64,000 nucleotides of DNA from Hypanus sabinus (Eukaryota): contig NC_082707.1 of assembly GCF_030144855.1 (NCBI RefSeq), forward strand, positions 173,538,001-173,602,000. Direction: 5' to 3'. Shown one piece after another: positions 1 through 13,400 of the stretch (positions within the stretch are counted from its first letter, which is position 1; the number at the start of each line of letters is the position of its first letter). The position numbers and the translations under genes were made by a program. The notes below the pieces were generated by a model, which saw nothing but the letters and a program-made list of their open reading frames with translations, did no database searches and was not told the origin of the DNA.

Positions 1-935
1 GATTCTAGACAAGACATTTAAGATAAAATAAAAAAAGCTTGGGAAAAATTGTCAGATTTCTGATGATAGATGGAATAAAATTCTTAAATGGGTTAATAAA
101 TCATCTTTCTGTGCTCGTCATTCTCTTCTACAATTTAAAGTGGTTCATAGAGCTTATATTTCTAAACAGAAGCTCTCCAGTTTTTACCCGAATGTTTCTC
201 CACTTTGTAATAAATACAACTCTGCTGATGCCTCTTTAATTCATATGTTTTGGTTTTGCCCTACAATTGAAACGTTTTGGCGGAAAGTATTCCATACCTT
301 TTCACAACTTTTTAGGGTCCAATTTGACCCAAATCCCCTTACTGCCTTGTTTGGTATTATTGCAAATGAAGATATAACTTTAAATACTCCTAACCTACAG
401 GTTTTAGTTTTTACCTCTCTTTTAGCAAGAAGAGCAATCTTGCTTAAATGGAAGGAGTCTATCCCTCCTACACATCTTCAATGGCTATGTGATATTATGT
501 CGTATTTAAATTTAGAAAAGATCTGCTGCTCAGTCTTAAATTCGAAACAATCTTTTTATGATATTTGGGGACCTTTCCTAAATTACTTTTCCGATTTTTG
601 AAGTTTAACAGTGCACAGACTTTTATGTATATTTTTATCTTCTCTTCTTAAGTGAATATGTTTTTTTTCTAATTATCCATTGTCATCTATCAGCTTTTTT
701 CTTTGGTAGTTGGTAGGGGGTTGACTTTTTTTATATATAAAAAATTTCTTTTATGATGTATGACCTATCTTTAAATTTTTGATTACAGAGTGGTATACCT
801 TTATGTGTTATGCTTTAACATTTTGATCAATTTTATTATGATATATGAATGTACACAAGTTATGTTGAGATGTATCTATGTGTTGCACTCTGTAAATCTT
901 GTTTTTTCTTCTGAATAAAAATATTGTAAAAAGAA
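1..935 (+). mobile_element. 3' end of an L1/Tx1-clade LINE (ORF2 C-terminus and 3' UTR)
   Basis: ORF 140-601 carries a degenerate C-terminal zinc-knuckle region (CNK..ADASLIHMFWFCP..FW, ARRAILLKWK) typical of fish L1/Tx1 ORF2, followed by a T-rich UTR, AATAAA and an A-rich end. Confidence 0.75.
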
Positions 936-939
936 TTAA

Positions 940-2960
940 CCTCAAGCATTTTCCCAACTACAGATGTTAAACTAACTGGCCAATAAGTACCTGCCTTTTG
1001 CCTACATTTTTTTTTGAACAGTGGTGTGATATTCACCATCTTCCAATCCACCAAGACCTGCCCAGAGTCCAGAGAATTTTGGTAAATCATCACCAAAGCC
1101 TCCACTATAACTTCTGCCGTTTCTTTCAGTATCCTGGAATGCATTCCATCAGGACCAGGGGACCTATCTATTTTCAGGCCCACAAGGCTACCTTAGTGAT
1201 AACTAGTATCAAGGTCGTCACCTCCCATCGCATCCATAACATCTCTCTCTGGCATGTTAGGCGTATCCTCCACAATGAAGACTGACACAAAATAGTCATT
1301 CAAAGCCTCGGCCATTTCCTTGTTACCCAATATCAATTCCCTCTTCTCGTTCGCCAAGGAACCTATGTTCACTTTAGCCACCTTTTTCTGCTTTATATAA
1401 TTACAAAAACTTTTATCATCCATTTTTATACTTTGTGCTAGTTTATTTTAATAGTCTATCTTCCCTTTCTTCATTGCTCACTTAGTGGTTCTTTGTTGCT
1501 TTTTAAAGTTTTCCCAATCTTCCAGTTTTCCTCTACTCCTACCGACTTTGTACACACGAGCTTTTAGTTTAATGACTTCTTTTATTTCCTTAGTTATCCA
1601 AGACTGGCTCTCCCTACCCTTACTGTCCTTGTTTTTAACTAGAATATACTTTCATTGAGCACCGTGAAAAATTTCTTTGAAAATCTTCCACTGTTCCTCA
1701 ATCGTCACACTATATAGCCTTTGTTCCCAGTCTACACTAGCCAAATCCTCCCTCATCCCATTGTAATCTCCATTGTTTAGGCATTATACATTGGTTTTAG
1801 ATCTAACTATTGCACCCTCCATTGTATGAGAAATTCAATCATACTGTGATGACTCTTTCCAAGAGGATCCCTAATTACAAGATCACTAATTTTACCTGTC
1901 TCGTTGCACAGGACCAGATCTAAGATAGTACATTTCCCTTGAAGGTTCAGTAACATGCTGTTCAAGAAAGCTATCATAGATGCATTCGATGAAGTCCTCC
2001 TCGAGACTGTCTCGGCCAACTTGACTCACCCAATTTATGTGCAAATTAAAGTCCCCCATGATAATTGCTGTTCCAGTCTTACATGCCTCAGATATTTCTG
2101 TTTATTGCCTGTGCCACTGTAATGTTATTATTCTGTGGCCAATAGACAACTCCCACCAGTGATTTTCTGTTTACTATTCCTAATCTCGACCCAGATGGAT
2201 TCAATATTCTGATCCTTAGATCTTATATTGTCTCTCACTATCACCCTGATCTCATCTTAATTAAGAGCACTACCCTACCTCCCTTAACTTCCTGCCTACC
2301 CTTCCGTTTTACCTGATATCCTTGGATACTTAATTCCCAGTCCCCTCCACCTTGCAACCACGTTTCTGTAACGGCCACTAAATCATACTGACCTGTGCCA
2401 CAAGTTCACTGACTTTGTTTCGAATACTACGGGTATTCAGATAAAGTGCCCTTACATTGTGCTTTTAAAATTTTGTAATCTTTTTCTCTTTTGCACTCGA
2501 CTCTTCACTCCACTCTTTATCTTTTGCTTTTACTTTATCTTTATCCACACTTTTCTCTTTTACTTTATCCATAGTTCTCCAATCTGTTGAACTCCCCCCC
2601 CCCCCACCATTTAGTTTAAAGCCCTATCCACAGACCTAGTCTTGTGATTCACTAGGATCCAGGTCCCAGCACGGTTCAGGTGGAGCCCGTCCCATTGGAA
2701 CAGCTCCCTTCTTCCCCAATACTGGTGCCAATTTCACAAGAGCTCAAATCCTCTTCTCACACACCAATCGAGCCATGCATTTAACTCTCTCATCTTCTTG
2801 ACCCTATGCCAATCTGCACGTGGCTTTGGTTTTGCTTTCTTAATTTAGTCTCTAGCTGCTCAAATTCCTTCAGCAGAAGCTCTTTCTTCACTCTGCCTAT
2901 ATCGTTGGTACCCACATGGATCATGACAACCGGATCTTTCCCCTCTCAAAGTAAATTCCT
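940..2960 (-). mobile_element. CR1-type LINE fragment (ORF1 end, endonuclease and start of RT), decayed
   Basis: Minus-strand peptides ILDLVLCNE...LGKSHHSMIEF, EMAEALNDYFVSVF, SPGPDGMHSRILKE, DWKMVNITPLFKK. Confidence 0.85.
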
Positions 2961-2967
2961 CAGATGT

Positions 2968-3140
2968 AATCCGGCTTGGTGGTGCAATAATATCAGCACT
3001 AGACTCCAGAGCGAAGGTTCCCGAGTTTGAATCCAACTCGCATTGAGCGTTGAGCTAGCAATTCGGCCTCGTAAAAACAAGAATAGCTTGCTAAGGAAAC
3101 ACCGTCATGATGGTGTCCCGATAACTCTATTGCCGAGACC
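2968..3140 (+). mobile_element. tRNA-derived SINE; second copy at ~14164-14375
   Basis: ccggc..tggtg (A-box-like) ... gagtttgaatcc (B-box-like) ... gagctagcaa.tcg.cctc shared by both copies. Confidence 0.7.
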
Positions 3141-3177
3141 TTTACACACAGACTCTGAGGCTGTAATTGCTACCAAA

Positions 3178-3417
3178 GGTGCATCTATTAAACGCTGACT
3201 AGAAGGGGATGAGTAATTATGGAATCAATTATTTTGTGTTCAATAATTGTAATAACTTAGACCAATCTGTAGAAATTTGTTTTCACTTGGACACAAAAGA
3301 GACTCTTCTGTTGATCGGTGTCAAAAAAGCCAAATTAAATCCACTGTGATTCATTGATGTAAAACAATAAAACATGAAAACTTCAAAGAGGAGTGAATAC
3401 TTTCTATAGGTACTGTA
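3178..3417. mobile_element. Isolated end (long TIR) of a Tc1-like transposon
   Basis: aaaaagccaaattaaatccactgtgattca...gtgaatactttctataggtactgta matches the TIR of the element at 36269-37820. Confidence 0.8.
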
Positions 3418-3912
3418 ACTCAGGTCCTATATACCCGGCAACAACTTTGTAAATTTTCTTTGTACTTTTCCAACCTTATTTACATCTTTCCTGTCGGTAG
3501 ATGACCAAAACTGCGCACAATATTCCAAATTTGGCCTCTCCAGTGTCATAGACAACTTCAAGTTGACAAGGCCTGGAACAAAAAGATATCTCCATGAAGA
3601 TCTCCAGTCATGAATCCTCAAAGGAGCATGCAACAGGAAACATCAGAAATTCTCTAATCGCGACCATCTTCAACAAAGGAGCACACACACGCACATCGCT
3701 GGAAGATCTCAGTGGGTCAGGCAGGATCACAGTAAACATGATTTTGTCCATCATTGCATCTATGAACTCCCAGAGCGGAACCTCAGCCTAAGTTCTCAGA
3801 CATCGTTGTTGTTCCGGTACCCACACGATGCACCTGCACCCCACAGGAGTGATTTCGGAAAAGAGCGGGTAATGAAAAGCAAACGCTTCCAGCTGAGAGG
3901 TCGCCTGGAGTC

Positions 3913-4302
3913 CGGCGGGCCTTCCCAGGACGGCGGCCGCTGGATGGCGCTGTCCCGAGTGGAGGCTCCCGGCAGGCCTTCCCAGGACGGCGGCCGCTGG
4001 GTGGCGCTGTCCCGAGTGGAGGCTCCCGGCAGGCCTTCCCAGGACGGCGGCCGCTGGGTGGCGCTGTCCCGAGTGGAGGCTCCCGGCAGGCCTTCCCAGG
4101 ACGGCGGCCGCTGGGTGGCGCTGTCCCGAGTGGAGGCTCCCGGCAGGCCTTCCCAGGACGGCGGCCGCTGGGTGGCGCTGTCCCGAGTGGAGGCTCCCGG
4201 CAGGCCTTCCCAGGACGGCGGCCGCTGGGTGGCGCTGTCCCGAGTGGAGGCTCCCGGCAGGCCTTCCCAGGACGGCGGCCGCTGGGTGTCGCTGTCTCGG
4301 GC
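3913..4302 (+). repeat. 57-bp GC-rich minisatellite (~7 copies) directly upstream of the FKBP3 start codon
   Basis: Unit GGCAGGCCTTCCCAGGACGGCGGCCGCTGGGTGGCGCTGTCCCGAGTGGAGGCTCCC; internal copies appear identical; it explains the 19-aa periodic ORFs in the track. Confidence 0.97.
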
Positions 4303-4355
4303 GGACTTGCTAGAATGAGCCTGCCAGACGCCAGTCTGGGAGACGGCGGACGGTG

Positions 4356-4460
4356 ATGGCCGCGGAGCCAACGAGGCAGTGGACCGACGAGCAGCTGCGG
4401 AGCGAGGATGTAGCTAAAAAGGACATCATCCAGTTTTTGCAGCAGAATGCCTCGGACCCG
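4356..4460 (+). CDS. FKBP3: FKBP3 coding exon 1
   Basis: ATG at 4356; [35 protein letters not shown]; donor CCG|GTGAGC. Confidence 0.95.
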
Positions 4461-7400
4461 GTGAGCAGTTGCGGCGGCGGCAGCGGCAGCGGCAGCGGCA
4501 GCGGCAGCGGCGGCGGCTCCCGAGGGCTCGGCGAAACCGCACATGGCTTGGCCTTGTCCCGCCAGTTGCTGCAGAACTGCCCAGCTTTTCTCTGTGCAGC
4601 CCCCGACCGCACCGAGACTTGAACATATTTCGTGTGCCGCGTTGTAAACTTACTGAATGTCATAGTAGATTTGATATTTTCAATACAAAAGTTACTTTGC
4701 ACATTTTATACATTGAAAATAATAAAATTAAGTTTTAAGTTAAAAGGACTAGGTATGCGAGAACGTTAGCTGTTGGTTTTTGAGAAAGATACTCAAAATT
4801 ACTTTTTTGATAATAGTTTTTAGGTGAATATAAGTTAATGGGAAATATCAAGAATGTTGCCAAGACTGCAAAGAAGGAACAGCTAATAAATGCCTACAAT
4901 CACCTTTTTGAAACTAAGGTAAAGGATTGTTTTAAATATTCGTTGCCCATTTTGTTCTCAAATGCAACAATCTCGAATTAATTGACTCCATATTTCTGCT
5001 TTGCAAACATTGAAGATGTTCTCTTTGAATGCAATGAATGATATGCTAATTGCCTATGATGATGTAATGTTTTATCTTTGTAACACCAGATGGGGGTGTG
5101 ACACAAGAACACTACATAATTAAGTTTGAGGTCATTGACCTAATGAAAGAAATGTATAAAAACAGAACGTGCACATCCTATCTATTACATGTCATCTGTA
5201 TCTCACAACATATATCAAATTAACATCACTACCTGTAAGCTCTTTATTTGCAAAAGCCCTGTTTTAAATGTGAAAGGCCATTGGAGAAATTCCTTGTTCA
5301 CTTCCTTACGGTGATCAAAAATCTTCCAGTTGTAATTGCAGTTATGCAGTGCCCAACTCGTATACAATGTGATCTTCATCACTGCTGAACAAGATCTCAG
5401 CTGTTGTGTGAAGGGATTTAGCAAAGAAGTATTCGGCTTGAGTTGACAGCATGTTCTGTGCATGCACTGTTCTGCGGGAACAGCTGCTAGATGTTCATAT
5501 TTTGCTCAACTCTTAGCTTTTGAGTTGTATGGTTTTGTTTGAAGACCAACCAGAAAATCCACAAGTATTGCCGGCCACTCCAGTGCATTCTGTAAGTGCT
5601 GTGCTATTGGAAGCTGACAACTTTGGGGGGGGGGGGGGGGTAAAATGTTAAACTAAGGTTCCATACAAGCACTGGTGAGGATGTAAAGGAGCACTTGGCC
5701 ATATATTAAGAGGAAAGTGAAGAATTTCCCTGCTGTCCTGATAATATTTGTTCCTCTTTACTAACAACTGACCACTTAGGCATTATAATTAGAGTGATGC
5801 AGTTCCATTGTATATTTCTCTTTGAAAGAACAATTGTACGTATCTTATGCCCCTTCTTTTTGAGTTGGGTTCTTAAAGCTCCATTGCATCTTTTTCAAGA
5901 ATTACTTATGGAATCTGCACTAGAACCTTGTGCAACATTCCAGATCCCCGTTCCAGTGGGTGTGTGGAGATAATTCCCATTCTCTGGATGTTCTGACAAT
6001 GATTTTGATACTGATTTACTAACTCGAAGGTAGTGCAATTTCCTGACAACTCCATGTAAATGTTTCATTGCTTTGAAGCTTCATTTCGATCACCTAAGAA
6101 ACATCTCAGTTCCTATTATAACAGTCCTATCATTGCCAGCCTCTTTTTTTTCTCATTCCAAGAAAACGCCTTGGGGGAAAGTAATCCGCTGCCGTTTTTT
6201 AAGTTTATTCTGGTTATTACATGTTTATATAAGACCATCCTTCGTGTGGTAAGACAGACTCCTGACATCACATTCTTCCTCACTTTCTCTGTGGGTGCTG
6301 CCCTTTATTCTGCCTTGTACTAACACAGTGCACTGTGTACTGATTTGTTCTGTGAACAATATGCAAGATATGGTTTTACACCACTCTTCTGTACATGTGA
6401 CAATAATAATCTAATTCCAAATTCTTGTTTTGAAGTTCTCATGGCCTCTAACCAGATGTTGCTTTGCTTAATCAGAAAACTGCAATCCCGGGTGTTATAG
6501 AACATTACAGCACAGATCTGGAGAAATAACTCGTGTTCCTTGACCTGCAGAGATTTAAGGGCACAGAATCCACAGAAAAGGTCACCCAGCAGCTTAAAGA
6601 TGTGAAAGTGGGGGCGGCTCAGGACAAAGTAAAGGCGAAAAAAACTGAATTGCCTGCAAGTGAGGTTAGTATGTGAAATTGGAGAGTTTTGTTTTCCAAA
6701 ATTGATGAATTTATATTTCAGATCTGCTGATTATTTAAATTGATTTACTGGGTTACAACATGGCATTATAGAATTAATCAATAGATGTCAGTTAAGCAGA
6801 TCAGCTTGCAGCTCCAGCTTTCGATTTTCCACTGTTTTATTAATGCCATTGCTATTGCTGCAAACTGATAGGAGCACAGCAAAGGCATTTGGGTTCCAGT
6901 GGTCAATAGACGAAATAGACATCTCCTTAACCAATTCTGTCAAAACTCTTAAGAAGAAAGTGAATTAGAGCAGGTAAATTCAGTGACAAATGATCTGCAT
7001 AAAATGGAATAAAGAGTGGGAAAGAAAGATTGATTATGAGGTAAAAAATGCAAACTTTTTTTTAAAGCTAAAGCCTTTTGCAGTCTGAATAACTGAAACT
7101 TAATGCTTATCATTTTCTGAATTCAAACCTCATTTGAATCTTGTTTATATAAACCTGCATAAATAACACCTGCATAAATTATAAAGGACAGAATTTGTAG
7201 TCAGACCATTTTGCTGAGACTTCCTTGCAGATTGTCCCCATCTGCAGGCAGTAGTTTGAACTTGCCCACTCTTAACGTTTCACCTTTGATTCCTTATATT
7301 GCAGTTTAGTTTATTTGAAATTATAGATTTGTAAGTTGAGAATAAAATGTTATACAATACAGCAGTTGTTAACTGTGTCTTTTCATCAATTTCAGGAACC

Positions 7401-10400
7401 ACCAAAGTATACCAAAACAATGTTGCAAAAAGGTGACAAAATCAACTTTCCCAAGAAGGGCGACACGGTTCACTGCTGGTATACGGGGATGTTAGAAGAT
7501 GGGACCGTGTTTGACTCAAATGTTGCTTCTGGTAAGCAACAAAGGGAGCAAAAACGTTTTGCTAATTTGGGGTATAATTGCCTGTAAGATACGATGTTGC
7601 CTCTTGTGCCAATGTTCAGAATCGGGTTTAATATCACCAACGTATGTCGTGAAATTTGTTGTTTTTGTGGCAACAGTGCAATGCAGTACATGGTAATAGG
7701 GGAGAATTGAGAATTACAGTAAGCATATATATTAGTTAAATAAGTATTTGTAAGAATAGCAATTTTAAAAGTTAGTGAGGTGGTGTTCATGGGTTTAACG
7801 TCCATTTAGAAATTGGATGGCAGAGGAGAAGATGCTGTTCCTGAATCACTGAGTGAGTGCCTTTATGCTTCTGTACCTCCTTCCGGAAGGTAGCAATGAG
7901 AAGAGGGCATGACCTGGTGATTGGGGTCCTTAATGATGGATGCTGCCTTTCTGAGGTACCGCTCCTTGAAGATGTCCTGGGTACTATGAAAGCTAGTGCC
8001 CATTGTAGAGCTGACTTAAGTTTACAACACTCTGCAGCTTATTTCGATCCTGTGCAGTGCCCCCCCCCCCCCCCACCCATGCCAGACGGTGAATCAGCCA
8101 GTTAGAATGCTGTCCACACTACAGCTGTAGAAGTCTGCAAGTGTCTTTGGTGACATACCAAATTTCCTCAAATGAAATTTGTAATTTCCTCCTAATGAAA
8201 TATGGCCACTGTTGTGCCTTTGTAGCTGCATTGATACGTTGGGTCCAGGTTAGAGGCTCAGAGATATTGACACCCAGGATCTTGAAATTGCCTACTCTTT
8301 CCACTTCTGACTGCTCTATGAGGACTGGTTATGTTTCCTCGTCTTAAACTTCCTGAAGTCCACGATCAGTTCTTTGGTACTACTGATGCTGAGTGGAATG
8401 CTATTGTTGCGACACCACTCAACTAGCTGATATATCTCGCCCCTGTACACCCTCTTGTCACCATCTGAAATTCTGCCAATGTTGATGGCAAGGTGGCATT
8501 TGCTGCACATACCTACTGTTTCCTCGAATGATCAGCAAGCACTGGTAAGCTTGTGGCCTAGGAGATGTCATGAGGCTGGGGAGAGCTGGCAAAGCAAGGT
8601 AGCAGCTTCCATCACATCCAAGAGGAGATAATGAGCTAGACTGTTGAATCAAGTGCTGCCAGTCCCAGCACATTCACCTTCCCAGCCAGGGTCTAACCCT
8701 GAACCTCACATCTCATGCTAAATGTGCCCCTGCCTGCCCAACAACAGTTCTTATAGGCAGCTTCTGTAAGCTGAGTCCTGGATGATTTCTTGCTGTGGGA
8801 ATGCAAGTGGAACACGGGTGCATGGCAGCAGCATGCAGCACAAGTGGGTATCTATTTTAAAGTTCTTGAAGATGCATACTTACAAATATTCAAACAGGAG
8901 GACCAAGAGCACTGTAGCAAATTATTGCCCTTTGAGGTACCAGTGTATTGCATGCATAGAAGAACTTTAATAATAGAGTTAGCTTTTAAATCATTACTTT
9001 CTTTTTAACAGGCTCAAAAAAGAAGAAGGCAGCTAAGCCTTTCAGCTTTAAAGTTGGAGTTGGAAAAGTTATCCGAGGGGTTAGTACATAATTTGGATTT
9101 GAGTAGCACATGCATGAGCGGGATCTGTCTTCAAGTTAGTATGAATTTCTGTTTTTTATTTTTCACTGCATTTGTCTTCTGCAGAGAAGGTGCTTTGTTA
9201 ATCTGCACTGGCAATTATTATTTCACAGTAGCGTGGTTAATGCAACTCTATTAACACCACGAGACATAGGACCAGAAACAGGCCATTCGGCCCATCATGT
9301 CTGCTCCGCTATTCCATATAGTCAGTTTTTCATCCTTCCTCAAATAAGCCCATAAGATTACAGCTCAGGGTGTTGGAGTTTGTAGTTCAGTTCCGACGCT
9401 GCCTGCAAGCACATCCTACTTGTGGGCGGGTGTGTTTCTTTCACGTGCTCCATTTCCACCCACGTTCCAAGGATATACTGGTTAGCAGTCATAGCAAATT
9501 GTCCTTCGATTAGGCTAGTGTTAAGTAGGTGGGTTGCTGGACACTGTGTCTCATTGGGCTGGAAGGGCCTGTTCCTCACCATATCTCAAAATAAAATAAA
9601 AACAGGAATGAGTGATTGCACAAGTTGGCAATAGAGGGAACAACTATCTAATCTTGTAGCCATGCAATGAACAGACACTTGCATATTAAAGCAAATCTAC
9701 CAGCAGAATTCTTCAGTATAATTTCCCTTCCATTATACTATTTCTGGCAAGCCCGTTTAACGAGTGTCAGCAAAGACCAGTAATAAATCTAGGACTTTCT
9801 GGGATGGATTGAGAATGATCACATAAGTTGGGAAGATTCCTTTGAATGTTTAGTATTCATCTTCTATTTGCTGCTGAATCAACAGACTTGTCTCTCAACA
9901 GTGGGATGAAGCACTCCTGACTATGAGTAAAGGAGAAAAGTCCCGGATACAGATTGAATCTGATTGGGGTTATGGTAAGAAAGGACAACCAGAAGCCAAG
10001 TATCCTTTTCTCTGTGATACCTTAGTGAAAATCTTAATATTACAGATGCAGAGAAGCATGTCCATAGTACTTCTGTAGAAATAATTTATAATTTCACAAT
10101 TATAAAAGTGATTAATTATTTTGTACACCTAAGCTATGTTTTCTGGTGTTACGAACCCCGTAACTGGGTTACTTACCAGCAAAGATAGAAGTATCCATTG
10201 GAGTCTGATGATACTATTTTTAACAGTATTTTTTAATAAAAATACACAAAAATATCAATGCAAATATACAGATAATATATGTCATCAATACTAAACCTAA
10301 AAGTGCGGGTATAATAATAATTGATAAGAAATAAGCTCTATCATTGTCTAGGGGATAATGAACTGTCCGATGGAAATCTAAAGTTCATTTCAGTTCATAC

Positions 10401-13400
10401 AGGCTACAGCCGTTGTTTCTTTGTCGCTGTGTTGCAATTGTTGGAGAGAGAGTGAGAAATAGAAGAATAACTTGCCGACTTTCCATGGTACGGTCTTGAT
10501 CCGTATCCGTCCTTTAGCTAGACCGTTCCGTGGAGGAGACGCCACCCAGGCAAGGATGGACACACACACACAAGCCCCCCCCCCACCGGTCTCATACGTT
10601 TCTCCTGGTGTGTCTAAGGGGTGTTCCCCAGACCCCTCTTTTATCTTCACTCACGGGGTCTCAGATGTCAGTCAGGTTGGGATGATGCAATCCCTCAACC
10701 AGACCACTCTGGTTGTCCCCTGAGGGGTTTCAATGAATAGTACAGTACTCAATACACAATTCCTTCTCCAAGAGACAATAGCAGTGATCATTGGTTCCGT
10801 TCCACTTTTTGTTAGGAGACATTCCAAGCCTTGTATATTCTGCATTGTCTATAACTGCCTTTGCTGTGATCCTGCGTCTCTCTCTCTCATTATTGACATG
10901 ATGTGTATCTCTCTCATTTCCTGGGTCTCAGGCCCGAAATAATAGCAATCCTGCAATTCTCAAAAAGGAGGGGGCGACTTTGCATCCTTCGGCCCCCTCA
11001 GAGTTGCTCCACATTCGTAACACTGGTTCTATTGGTACATCTTTCTGGACAGAATGAACTCTTTAGGAATGTGCTCTGTAGAAGACATGTAGGAAGGGTG
11101 ATTGATAAGTTTGTGACCCAAGGTAGAAGGAGTCAATTTGTCCTAGGACATTTATTTTTCAACATAGTCCCCTCCTACATTGACACACTTAGTCCAGCGG
11201 TCGTGGAGCATATGGATCCCTTCTTTGTAGAAGTGGTCCATGGCAGGGGTGATTGATAAGTTCGTGGCCTAAGGTAGAAGGAGATGAGTTATTAACTTCA
11301 AACTTTCTGCATAATCATTCAAAGAGTTGAACTGCACATGCATGTAACGAGAGCTGTATAACTCATCTGCTTTTACCTTAGGCCACAAACTTATCAACCA
11401 CCCCTGCTGTGGACCACTTCTGGAGGTCCAAGATGCCGACTTCTACAAAGAAGGGATCTGTATGTTCCATGACCGCTGGACTAAGTGTGTAAATGTAAGA
11501 GGGGACTATGTTGAAAAATAAATGTGTTAGTCATCTAAAATTGATTCCTTCTACCTTAGGCCACAAACTTATCATTCACCCCTCATAGTGTGCAATCTTG
11601 CAACAGGAGTCTCCAGTTTGCTGCTATGATTGTATTAAATAAGCAGATTTGTCTCTGCTGTTATGTGAATATAAGTTAGATTCACAGTGTTTGAGCTAAA
11701 TAAACTTCCTAGATTTGCAATGCCAATTCATGCCATAGAAATTTTGGCTATTCTAATAATACATTGTTTCAGTCTTTTGATTTTGTTCATTAGAATATCC
11801 TTGTAGCTCAACTCCAATGCTGCTTATCTGAAGTGATTATGTAACTTTAGTTCTGGAGTTCAAAGTAAATTTATTATCGATGGACACATGTCACTATACA
11901 CATCCCTGAGATTTGTTTTCTTGAGGGCAGTCACAGTAAATACAAGAAATAATAGAATCAATGAAACACCATACCCAATAAGGCAGACGTCAACCAATGT
12001 GCAAAACTAAAACAAACCACAGAAACAAAAAGATAGAGAAAAATAGAAGAAATGGTTTTTAAAAAGATATCAAAAACATGAGACGAAAAGTCTTCAAAAG
12101 TGAGCCCCTAGGTTCTGGGAACAGTGCAGTGATGGGGTGAGTGAAGTTATTTTCTCTGGTTTAAAAGTCTGTTGGCTGAGGGGTAATAACTGTTCCAGAA
12201 CCTGGTTGCGTGGGTGCTGAGGCTCCTGTACCACTTTCTCGATGGCAGCAGAGAGAAAAGAGCATGGCCTTGATGGTGAGGTCCTTGTGGATGGAAGCTG
12301 CTTTCCAGGAGCAGTGCTCAATGATGCCTTTACCCTTAAGACCATAAAATATCGGAGCAGAATAAGACCATTTGGCCCATTGAGTGTACTCTGCCATTTC
12401 ATCATGGCTGGTCCATTTTCCCCTCAGCCCCAATCTACTGCCTTCTTCCTGTAACCCTTCAAGCCCTGATTAATCAAGAATCTATCAGCCTCTGCCTTAA
12501 ATATACCCAATGACTTGACCTCCACACCTGCCTGTGTCAATGAGTTCCACAAATTCACAACTCTCTAGCTAAAGAAATTCCTCTTCGTCTCTGTTCTAAG
12601 TGGACGTCCCTCTATTCTGAGGCCATGTCCTCTGGTCTTAGACTCCCCTGTCATTTCAACATTCAAATGGCCTTTCAAGATTAGATAGTTTTCAATGACA
12701 TACCCCTTCATTCCAGTGAGTATAGGCCCAACACTATCAAAAGCTCCTGTGATGGACTGGGTCGTAGCCACAGCTTAATGTAGGCTTTTCTATACAAGGG
12801 CATTCTTTTTTCTATATAGGTTGTGATGCATCCAGTCAATATACTCTCCACCGCACATCTATAGAAGTTTGTGAAAGTTTTAAATGACATTCATAATCTT
12901 CACAAATTTCTAAGAAAGTAGAGGCACTGTTGTACTTTCTTTGTAATGGACCCAGGACAGATCCCCTGAAATGATAACACTCACCTCTGATCCCCAGATG
13001 AAAACTGGCTAATAGACCTCCAGTTTCCCCCCTCTTGAAGTGAATAATCAACTCATTGGTTTTGCTGACATTGAGTGAGAGGTTGTGGTGGCAGTCTCCC
13101 TCCTATATGCTGATTTGTCACCACCTTTGATTCAGCCAATGACAGTGGTGTTGTCAGCAAAGTTAAATATGGCATTGGAACTGTGCTTAGCTTTACAGTC
13201 ATAAGTATAAAGTGGGTAGAGCAGGGGGCTAAGCACACAACCTTGTGGTACACCTGTGCTGAGGGATATTATGGAGTAGATGTTGTTGCCAATCTGAACT
13301 AATGGGTCTCCAAGTGTGGAAATGGATCCAGTTGAAGAAGAGGATATTAAGGCCTACGACTTGAAGCTTATTGATTTAGATTCAAAGGGATGATAGTATT

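Noticed and set aside
2968-3040. tRNA-like sequence (also ~14164-14230)
   Set aside because: Degenerate cloverleaf continuing into a shared repeat body, so a SINE head rather than a tRNA gene
3913-4302. CRISPR-like appearance of regularly spaced repeats (also 19848-19990)
   Set aside because: Units are directly tandem with no unique spacers, there are no cas genes, and the context is eukaryotic
3783-4738. Long overlapping ORFs (253, 191, 170, 130 aa) with 19-aa repeats and poly-Ala, RQ or GS tracts
   Set aside because: By-products of a stop-free GC-rich 57-bp minisatellite and a (GGCAGC)n microsatellite; only 4356-4460 is real FKBP3 coding sequence
5624-5640. Long poly-G run (and poly-C runs at ~2594, 8060, 10575)
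   Set aside because: Simple homopolymers common in this window; no evidence of function
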